Of a stretch of DNA of 64,000 nt, positions 57,248 through 64,000 are shown piece after piece. Each line of letters starts with the position of its first letter. Position 1 is the first letter of the stretch. This DNA is from Candidatus Altiarchaeales archaeon (GTDB lineage Archaea > Altiarchaeota > Altiarchaeia > IMC4 > QMZM01). The position numbers were made by a program, and so were the translations under genes. The DNA is taken from contig CAVVMY010000013.1 of NCBI GenBank assembly GCA_963749405.1, positions 1 through 64,000 of the forward strand. Direction: 5' to 3'. The notes under the pieces were generated by a model, which saw only the letters and a list, made by a program, of their open reading frames with translations, ran no database searches and had not been told where the DNA came from.

Positions 57248-58459
57248 GTGGACGAGATTCTAAAGGGGGAATATGACGTAGTCATAGTGGGAGCAGGACC
57301 CGCAGGAAGCTATGCAGCAAAAATACTAGCCGAAAACGGCGTCAAGACGCTGGTAGTAGACAAACGACAGGAAATAGGAGCGCCTAAAAGATGCGCCGAA
57401 GGCATAAACTGCGCAGACCTGAAAAAAGTCGGGATAAGGCCTGACCCGGCCTGGGCCATGCAGGAAATAAAAGGCGCAGTAATATATTCTCCATCTGGAA
57501 GACCTCTTGCCGTGAAACCCAAGGATGCCCGCGGCTACATAGTGGAAAGAAAGATATTCGAAAAACACCTGGCACGCGACGCTATCAAAGCAGGAGCCAG
57601 ATACATGGTCAAAACCCTGGCAACCGGCGTAATAAAAGAAGAGGGCAGAGTCTGCGGAATAAGAGCAAATCAAATGGGAAAAGAATACGCCATCAGGTCC
57701 AAGATAGTGATAGCAGCCGACGGCACGGACTCCAAGATCGCCAGAAGCGCGGGCTTGGACACCTCTAATCCTCTCAAAGACTATCACTCAGGCTTCCAGT
57801 ACGAGATGGCGGGCCTGAAGAACTACGACCCGGAGATGCTGCACATCTACTTCGGTAACGGCCTGAAACCTGTAAGCTACATCTGGATTTTCCCAAAAAG
57901 CCGAAGCACGGCAAACGTGGGAATAGGCATAATCAGCAAACACTCAGAAGAGGGGAACAAGGCAAAAGACTACCTGGACAGGTTCATAGAAAAACACCCG
58001 GAGATATTCGAAGACGCAAGCCCCATAGAAATAAACACCGGAGGAATACCAGTAGGCTCGGCCATAGACACGCTGGCAATCGATGGCCTGATGGTTGTCG
58101 GAGACGCAGCCCATCAGGTGAACCCCATACACGGCGGCGGCATAGCTCTCGCCATGCGCGCGGCGAAGATAGCTGCAGAAGTCGCATCACAGGCCGTTGC
58201 AGAAGGAGATTATTCTAAAAGGCGTCTTTCCGAATACGAGGCAATATGGAGGAAAACAGATGGCGCAAAGATAGAGCGACTGCTTAAACTGCGGCTGTTC
58301 CTTGAAAAACTGGAAGACAAAGACCTGGAAATGTTTCCGGATATTCTTACAAGCGAGGATATGATAAAGATAACAGGAGGAGACTACAAAGCCCTGGCAA
58401 TAAAAATAATGAAAAATGCGCCAAGGATAATGCCTCTGGCAAGAAAATTTTTAACATAA
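57248..58459 (+). CDS. Geranylgeranyl reductase family FAD-dependent oxidoreductase (digeranylgeranylglycerophospholipid reductase-like)
   Basis: YDVVIVGAGPAGSYAAKILAENGVKTLVVDKRQEIGAPKRCAEGIN… Rossmann FAD motif plus conserved C (GGR family). Confidence 0.75.
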   Translation: MDEILKGEYDVVIVGAGPAGSYAAKILAENGVKTLVVDKRQEIGAPKRCAEGINCADLKKVGIRPDPAWAMQEIKGAVIYSPSGRPLAVKPKDARGYIVERKIFEKHLARDAIKAGARYMVKTLATGVIKEEGRVCGIRANQMGKEYAIRSKIVIAADGTDSKIARSAGLDTSNPLKDYHSGFQYEMAGLKNYDPEMLHIYFGNGLKPVSYIWIFPKSRSTANVGIGIISKHSEEGNKAKDYLDRFIEKHPEIFEDASPIEINTGGIPVGSAIDTLAIDGLMVVGDAAHQVNPIHGGGIALAMRAAKIAAEVASQAVAEGDYSKRRLSEYEAIWRKTDGAKIERLLKLRLFLEKLEDKDLEMFPDILTSEDMIKITGGDYKALAIKIMKNAPRIMPLARKFLT

Positions 58460-58465
58460 GCATAA

Positions 58466-59041
58466 ATGAAAAAACTGAAAGCCTGGATGCTCAACAGGAA
58501 AGCATCTACTCCGAAAAGCAAGCCCGACGAGATAATGAACAGCCTGGCATTGCAGCCGGGACAGAATATCGCAGACATCGGAACAGGCGGAGGCTATTTT
58601 TCACTCCGATTTGCCGAAGCAGTAGAAAACCAGGGAATCGTATACGCAGTGGACACCGACAAGGCTTTTCTCGATATGCTGACAGATAATGCAAGAAAAA
58701 AAGGCGCAAACAATATAAAAACAGTTCTAGCAGCCTCAATAAAGTCGTCCATACCACAGCAAAGCCTGGACTACGTTTTCCTGAGAAACGCATACCACCA
58801 CCTCCAAAACAGGATACAATACTTCAAAGAACTCTCAACCCTCCTCAAACCCACAGGAAAAATCGCAATCATAGAATACACGAAAAACGGCAAAAGAAGG
58901 CCCAAGGGCCACTACGTTCCAAAAGAAAAAATAATAGAAGAGATGAACGAAGCCGGATACAAAGAAGAAAAAAGCTACGACTACCTGCCAGAGCAATCCT
59001 TTACAATCTACGCCAAAAAGAAATCAGATACTCCGGCTTGA
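58466..59041 (+). CDS. Class I SAM-dependent methyltransferase
   Basis: IADIGTGGGYFSLRFAEAV…VYAVDTD motif I / post-I. Confidence 0.7.
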   Translation: MKKLKAWMLNRKASTPKSKPDEIMNSLALQPGQNIADIGTGGGYFSLRFAEAVENQGIVYAVDTDKAFLDMLTDNARKKGANNIKTVLAASIKSSIPQQSLDYVFLRNAYHHLQNRIQYFKELSTLLKPTGKIAIIEYTKNGKRRPKGHYVPKEKIIEEMNEAGYKEEKSYDYLPEQSFTIYAKKKSDTPA

Positions 59042-59174
59042 AAGCCGGAGTATGTGCCCAAAGGGCATGCCAGTAGGCACTTAAAAATCGGCAACGATAC
59101 GTCATTCTGTCCCCCAAGGGGACATGCCGCGCACGGCATCTGCGGGCTAAAGCCCGCAGTATCTGCCGATTTTT
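59028..59174 (+). ncRNA. Structured intergenic element, copy B (ATACTCCGGC-TTGAAA-GCCGGAGTAT; outer stem AAAATCGGCAA…TATCTGCCGATTTT enclosing hairpins GTCCCCCAAGGGGAC, ATGCCGCGCACGGCAT, CTGCGGGCTAAAGCCCGCAG)
   Basis: Read directly. First hairpin overlaps the last codons of the SAM-MTase gene. Followed by a T-run. Confidence 0.45.
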
Positions 59175-59199
59175 AATAAAAAAACTTTAAATCTGCAAC

Positions 59200-59634
59200 T
59201 CACTGGCTTCTCAACTTATAAATCCGCTCCTCCATGACCCTCACCAGAGCAGCCCTTGTCTCCTCAGGGCTCTTCAACTGGACTTTCTCCACTTTCGAGC
59301 CAAGCCACCAGTCGCCTACAGCATCTTTTATCCACGCAGCAAAGTCGTTCCTGCCGCTCATGTGAAACACTATCGCATCCCCGGGCGCTTTCTTGATACC
59401 CTCACACAAGCCCTCCAACACCGTTATCTCAGCTACTACATTGTTGTGATCAGTCTTCAGTTTGAAGGCATGCTCTCCTTTCACGGCTTTCAGATATGGG
59501 TGCAATTCCTTCTTTTCTCCCACCACGGCAGTAACAGATTTCTTATTGCATGTTACCGGTGCGCTTTTCTTGTTTTTTACCCACCATAACGGTTTTGAAT
59601 GAGGCAAGCAGTTTGTTAGATAACTCTGCAGCAC
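59200..59634 (-). CDS. Hypothetical protein (144 aa)
   Basis: ORF only. No motif recognised. Confidence 0.3.
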   Translation of the reverse strand: MLQSYLTNCLPHSKPLWWVKNKKSAPVTCNKKSVTAVVGEKKELHPYLKAVKGEHAFKLKTDHNNVVAEITVLEGLCEGIKKAPGDAIVFHMSGRNDFAAWIKDAVGDWWLGSKVEKVQLKSPEETRAALVRVMEERIYKLRSQ

Positions 59635-59780
59635 TTACTTTATTTGTCGCCATTTTAAATCCTTATTACATAATTGTTAGAATGGTAATATAAATACTTT
59701 ACTAACGCCCTCTCTACTCCCTCTTACCGCTTAATCCAAATTTATAAACCTATAAATCAAGTATAATAGAACCGTTATAA

Positions 59781-59854
59781 GGGCCTATAGTCTAGTCGGT
59801 TATGACGTCGCCTTTACGAGGCGAAGATCCCCGGTTCGAATCCGGGTGGGCCCA
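59781..59854 (+). tRNA. tRNA-Val (anticodon TAC)
   Basis: GGGCCTATAGTCTAGTCGGTTATGACGTCGCCTTTACGAGGCGAAGATCCCCGGTTCGAATCCGGGTGGGCCCA. Anticodon loop TTTACGA. Confidence 0.85.
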
Positions 59855-60074
59855 AACTCCCTTAAAGGGACGTTGACGGAATAAAGAAAAAGAAGCCGGG
59901 GTCTGCGACCCCGCTGGATGAATTACTTTCAATCGCTTCAAAATGTGGGGTCGAAGATCCCAGATGGGAGGGGTCAGGTGCGCCTATGGCGCATGCAGGC
60001 CGTGGGCGATAGCCCTCCTGCGGTTTGACTGCTGATGGTTTTATATTCTGGTTCAGAATATATAATGCCCGACC

Positions 60075-60764
60075 ATGAAAAGGTTATCTCCCCTGTTTGT
60101 TTGTTTTTTTGTTCTGCTTCTGGTTACTGCGTCTTTTGCCCAGGACTCTGATCGTGAGGCTGTGTCGAAAGGTGCTGGCATACGTCATATCTTCGGCAGC
60201 TTCACTTGTAATATTTTCTGTTTTGTTTTTTTCTCTGTGGCTGGTGTGGCCTGCATTGTCATTATCTATTCTGGTTTGGGTTATCTCATGTCTAGGGATG
60301 TTTCGGAGAGGGACAATCTTAAGAGGAGGATCGTCTATGTTTTTGTGGGCTTGGTTCTTTTCGTGATTATGGTGCCTTTGGTGAATTATATCTCTGGTCT
60401 TGGCTCTACTAATCTGTCTCCTTTTGGCTGTAATTGCTTGAATGGCAGCATGGAGGAGTTTGCGGTTCCAGATGAGGGAACTACTTTGCCGGGTTTGAGG
60501 GCTATAATAGTTGCGCCTAAGGAGGGGGATGAGTTGGATATGGACAAGCTTGTGTCGTTCATTGGCAAGGGGTATGGCGGCACTGCTCCGTATAGTTATA
60601 AGTGGACTTCCAGTCTTGACGGCAACATAGGTTCAGCTGATACTTTTATGAATAATCTCTCACGTGGGAATCATACCATCACTTTAGAGCTTACTGATAA
60701 TGTTGGCAATTATTCTTCTGCTCAGGTGCATGTAAGCGTTATTGTGCCTAAGCCTCATCCCTAG
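60075..60764 (+). CDS. Secreted/membrane protein with C-terminal Ig/PKD-like domain
   Basis: Signal peptide, internal TM, and C-terminus …GNHTITLELTDNVGNYSSAQVHVSVIV, a PKD-like strand pattern. Confidence 0.4.
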   Translation: MKRLSPLFVCFFVLLLVTASFAQDSDREAVSKGAGIRHIFGSFTCNIFCFVFFSVAGVACIVIIYSGLGYLMSRDVSERDNLKRRIVYVFVGLVLFVIMVPLVNYISGLGSTNLSPFGCNCLNGSMEEFAVPDEGTTLPGLRAIIVAPKEGDELDMDKLVSFIGKGYGGTAPYSYKWTSSLDGNIGSADTFMNNLSRGNHTITLELTDNVGNYSSAQVHVSVIVPKPHP

Positions 60765-60776
60765 ACGGATAGGCTT

Positions 60777-61361
60777 TTATGAGGCATCCCATAGTCTCTG
60801 GAAGTATCGTTCGAAATATTCGGCTGTCTTCTCTGAGTAGATTACCACATCTACCTCATTGTTCTTTTCCAGTGCATAGTATGAGAAATTCGTGGACCCG
60901 AGTATGACGATTTTTCCGTCTATGACTATGAGCTTGGAGTGGGTCGTGGTATTGTTGGAATCGTATTTTATCTTTATCCCGTTTCTTTTCACGTATTCGT
61001 AGGCATTGGTGCTTGGGTCAGTGTCTGAGTACTCGTCAAGGACTATGCGGACGTCGACGCCTCTTTTTTCTGCTGCAATCAGGTCTGCGATTATCTGGTT
61101 TTCCAGGCTCGCATGGTAGTTGTCGTAATACAATAGCTCGAATGCTGTTATGTGTATGGATCTCTTGGCATTGGTTATTGCTTCGTGGACTGCGGGATAG
61201 TAGCCGCGGTCTGATACCGGGATTATCTCTGAGGAGTCTGTGGCGCAGTTCTTCTGGGGGCATGAGCGCATGTCTGCGGCGGTGATCAATGCGTAGGCGA
61301 GTATTATGCCTAGGAATATGCCGGTTAGTAGTCCGAATAATAGCGGTTTTTTTATTTTCAT
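60777..61361 (-). CDS. Membrane-anchored PLD-family (single HKD motif, Nuc-like) phosphodiesterase/nuclease
   Basis: N-terminal TM. HSKLIVIDGKIVILGSTNFS is an HxK(x4)D(x6)GSxN HKD motif. Confidence 0.7.
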   Translation of the reverse strand: MKIKKPLLFGLLTGIFLGIILAYALITAADMRSCPQKNCATDSSEIIPVSDRGYYPAVHEAITNAKRSIHITAFELLYYDNYHASLENQIIADLIAAEKRGVDVRIVLDEYSDTDPSTNAYEYVKRNGIKIKYDSNNTTTHSKLIVIDGKIVILGSTNFSYYALEKNNEVDVVIYSEKTAEYFERYFQRLWDAS

Positions 61362-61456
61362 GGAAAAATCAGAAAAAGATAATGAAAAGAGAACGGGCTG
61401 GGGATTTCCTTGGACCGGGCCTTTCGGCCCGGCCTTGGAGGACTTCTTTTTTTTGG

Positions 61457-63100
61457 TTATGGCTTGTCGTATGCTTTCAGGCCTGCTTCTTCAGCTATTT
61501 TCTTTGCTTCTGGACTCTGTATGAATATTCCTGCCTTCAGTTGTTTTGCAAGGGCGATTGATTCTGCGCTGTTGTCGTCCAGGCCTTTGTTTATGAGTTC
61601 GTTCACGTAGTCCCAGTCCTTTATCCAGATTATGTCTATCTTCCCGTCGTCTATGTGCTTCTTAAGCCGTCTTATCTTCCTGCTTGTTCCGGCGACTACG
61701 CATGGCCTCTTTTTGTTGATGAACTTGTCCAGGTCGTCGTCATTCTCTATGGCATTCAGGAAGTCTGCAGCTGCTACGTATCTCCTCTTCTTGGAGAGGT
61801 ATAAGAATAGAAGTGCCAGTAGCAGTACTATTATGAGTATCATAAGGATGTTCCCGAGGTCTCCGGATATGGATGTTATGTATCCTATCACTCCTCCGGT
61901 AGCGCAGGCTTTGCATGGTCCTCCGCAGTCGATTCCGGTTTCTCCTTGGTTCTTTACGCCGTCGCTGCAGGTAGGCGTTTTGCAGATGCCCTGATAGCAG
62001 TAATTGTTTGTGCAGTCGCTGTCAAGCTGGCATCTTTTGCCGTCGCTGCACTGCTTGCATGATCCGCCGCAGTCTACGTCGGTTTCGTCTCCGTTTCTTA
62101 TCTGGTCTGTGCAGTTGGGTGTTATCTCGCATCCTTTGTTTATCGCCTGGTTCGCGCATATGCCGTTTTGGCAGTAGTCGGTCGTGCAGTCTGAGTTTTT
62201 GCGGCATCTTTTGCCTATATCGCATTTGTCGCATGGTCCGCCGCAGTCTATGTCTGTTTCGTCCTGGTTTTGTATTCCGTCTGAGCATGATACTGTTGTG
62301 CAGATGCCGTAGTAGCAGTATTTGCTTTTGCAGTCGTTATCCTTTATGCAGTGTTTGCCATCATCGCAGGGCTGGCATATTAGTCCGCCGCAGTCCACGT
62401 CTGTTTCGCCGTAGTTTTTTATGCTGTCATTGCAGGAGGCTACTACTCTTCCCGGCTTGGCCGGGTATCCGCCGTCGTTTCCTCCTCCTACGTATTTCTT
62501 ATGTAGGGTTGTCGTGGTGCAGCAGTTAATGCAAGGTAAAGAGGTCGATGTTGTAGTAGTGAGATTAGTCGGCAGTGTTGTTGTGCTTCCAGGCGGGTGG
62601 GTCGTGGTTGTGGTGCTTGTTGTACTTGTAGTTGTGGTTACACACACTGTTGAGAATGCGGTTGCTGCAGATGTGCTTCCGACCGCGGTGTTAACCATTA
62701 TATCTGCTTCATATATCCCTTGCTGGAGGCTGGTGGGTATGTTCCAGGTTATCTGGTAGTTTACTGTGTTGCTTCCGCCGTATGTGTAGCAGTTGTCAGG
62801 GTTTGTCTCGGTTACTGTTACGTCGAGTTCGCAGTTGCCGTATGCGGGGTAGTAGCCGTAGCTTTTCGGGAGTGAACATGTGGTGCTGCCTATCATTAGT
62901 TTTACATCGTTGATTTGCTCGCATTCGGTTAATCTCACTGTTGCGTCGAAGTTTATCTGCCCCATGTGGCAGTAATTTTCCCTGTCTGTTTCTATTTCTG
63001 CCGACAGAGCGGCGAATGAGGTAGTGGCCATGCAGGCCAATATAATCAATATCACATACAGAAGCCTTCCTGTTTTTCTTGAACTGGGTATATCTTTCAT
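61457..63100 (-). CDS. Type-I membrane protein with four tandem ~42-aa 8-Cys modules, Thr-rich stalk, TM helix and ~130-aa cytoplasmic domain
   Basis: Signal peptide. Modules CSDGIQNQDETDIDCGGPCDKCDIGKRCRKNSDCTTDYCQNGICA x4. TTTSTTSTTTTTHPP stalk. TM LGNILMILIIVLLLALLFLYL. C-terminal domain …PCVVAGTSRKIRRLKKHIDDGKIDIIWIKDWDYV…. Confidence 0.6.
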   Translation of the reverse strand: MKDIPSSRKTGRLLYVILIILACMATTSFAALSAEIETDRENYCHMGQINFDATVRLTECEQINDVKLMIGSTTCSLPKSYGYYPAYGNCELDVTVTETNPDNCYTYGGSNTVNYQITWNIPTSLQQGIYEADIMVNTAVGSTSAATAFSTVCVTTTTSTTSTTTTTHPPGSTTTLPTNLTTTTSTSLPCINCCTTTTLHKKYVGGGNDGGYPAKPGRVVASCNDSIKNYGETDVDCGGLICQPCDDGKHCIKDNDCKSKYCYYGICTTVSCSDGIQNQDETDIDCGGPCDKCDIGKRCRKNSDCTTDYCQNGICANQAINKGCEITPNCTDQIRNGDETDVDCGGSCKQCSDGKRCQLDSDCTNNYCYQGICKTPTCSDGVKNQGETGIDCGGPCKACATGGVIGYITSISGDLGNILMILIIVLLLALLFLYLSKKRRYVAAADFLNAIENDDDLDKFINKKRPCVVAGTSRKIRRLKKHIDDGKIDIIWIKDWDYVNELINKGLDDNSAESIALAKQLKAGIFIQSPEAKKIAEEAGLKAYDKP

Positions 63101-63320
63101 TTTTTATACATTGTTTAGATATTATAAGAATTTATTGTATATAAATTAGGTAAATGTGTGTGTTTGTCGATTTACCCTTATATACTTAAAAGGTATAAAA
63201 GAGTCATACAATATTTACATATTATTGGAATTTATAGTATATAAATGTCAACTAACTATTTTTTTGAATATTATCCACGCAGAGTTTATAGATTAACCTA
63301 AAACACCAATAGTCTACTGT

Positions 63321-64000
63321 ATGGATAAAGAGCTTAATTCGCTTATAGCAGAAGCTGCAAGCATGTCCAGAAAAAACTTCAAGCCCGAGATAAATTTCTG
63401 CCATACTGGAAAAGGGTTTCCCGCCATATCTCTGACAGGTTCGAACTGCTCGCTTTCCTGCAAGCACTGCAAAAGAAAACTAATCGAAAGGCTTCCTCCT
63501 GCAATCACTTCCGAAGAACTCAAAAGAACCTGCATCAAGGCCGCTTCGCATGGAGCAAAAGGCGTCCTCCTAACAGGCGGCTGCACTGCCGAGGCCAAAG
63601 TCCCAATATACGATTTCCTGCAAACCATAAAAGAGATAAAAGAAGAGACCAATCTCTTAGTAATAGCCCACACAGGGATCGCAGACCTGGAAGAAGCCAG
63701 GCAAATCAAAGAGGCTGGAATAGACGGCGTATGCCTGGACGTTGTAGGCTCAGAGGAAACGACTGAAGAGATTTATGGGATAAGGATAACGCCCAAAATG
63801 TATAAGGAGACCCTTACAGCTTTTGAGAAGGCCGGGATAGGGAACATCACGCCTCACGTATGCGTCGGCCTACACTACGGCAGGCTGCATCATGAAATAA
63901 AGGCATTGGATTTGATCTCATGCATTAAGCCTTCGAACATAGTTATTACCGGCCTGACAGACTTGGAAGAAACTCCCATGACAGGCATAAAGATAAGCCC
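63321..64000 (+). CDS. Radical SAM domain protein (partial, continues beyond window end)
   Basis: MDKELNSLIAEAASMSRKNFKPEINFCHTGKGFPAISLTGSNCSLSCKHC… CX3CX2C motif. No stop before 64000. Confidence 0.6.
   Translation, partial: MDKELNSLIAEAASMSRKNFKPEINFCHTGKGFPAISLTGSNCSLSCKHCKRKLIERLPPAITSEELKRTCIKAASHGAKGVLLTGGCTAEAKVPIYDFLQTIKEIKEETNLLVIAHTGIADLEEARQIKEAGIDGVCLDVVGSEETTEEIYGIRITPKMYKETLTAFEKAGIGNITPHVCVGLHYGRLHHEIKALDLISCIKPSNIVITGLTDLEETPMTGIKIS

Noticed and set aside
59855-60070. GC-rich structured region after tRNA-Val considered as a second tRNA or RNase P/SRP RNA
   Set aside because: I could not fold any segment into a cloverleaf with acceptor/T-arm, and it is too short for RNase P or SRP RNA. 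Retained only as part of the post-tRNA hairpin observation.

Overview
Archaeal contig from an H4MPT-pathway organism of methanogen / methanotrophic-archaeon type. This rests on Ftr, Mch, O-phosphoseryl-tRNA synthetase SepRS, an HPS-like TIM barrel, archaeal RNA polymerase split subunits, RNase P Pop5, aIF2-beta and an ftsZ / PRC-barrel / sepF cluster. The first ~5.35 kb is a GC-rich (~60%) piece of the rpoB''-rpoB'-rpoA'-rpoA'' operon on the minus strand. It is riddled with frameshifts and abruptly truncated at ~5350, where it abuts a lower-GC (~45%) remainder. This is a chimeric join or recombination breakpoint, and the many homopolymer-associated frameshifts across the window suggest long-read indel errors rather than true pseudogenes.

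The most unusual content is a tightly packed plus-strand block (5416-15850) of 11 ORFs. It holds a C-terminally anchored surface protein, then five divergent tandem paralogs of a signal-peptide-bearing polytopic membrane protein that share the motifs SPxGRAKAK and LFPLS..F..TK.VGRNMLEQT..W. After these come an SPFH/band-7 protein with a long charged tail, a bPH-like membrane protein, a Cys/Thr-rich secreted protein and a translationally coupled 69-aa two-TM protein. This looks like an undescribed envelope or secretion-like module. Its architecture is loosely reminiscent of VirB6/TrbL-CedA plus VirB2/CedA1, but no ATPase is in the window.

Other notable items:
- Two 100% identical 565-bp IS200/IS605 tnpA-only copies in direct orientation; one splits a Thr-rich surface-protein gene, and they bracket SHOCT and zinc-ribbon mini-genes.
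- tRNA-Ile followed by a diverged partial duplicate of its 3' half, both followed by a 17-bp palindromic direct repeat (an att-like remnant).
- A repeated, nested-hairpin intergenic element (11432-11528 and 59028-59174).
- A ~1200-aa repetitive coiled-coil protein.
- A lipoprotein serpin.
- A low-GC Mrr-like restriction enzyme plus SPPF methyltransferase islet.
- A modular Cys-rich, receptor-like membrane protein next to a PLD/HKD nuclease.
- tRNA-Cys(GCA), tRNA-Ile(GAT) and tRNA-Val(TAC) genes.

No CRISPR array or rRNA was seen.
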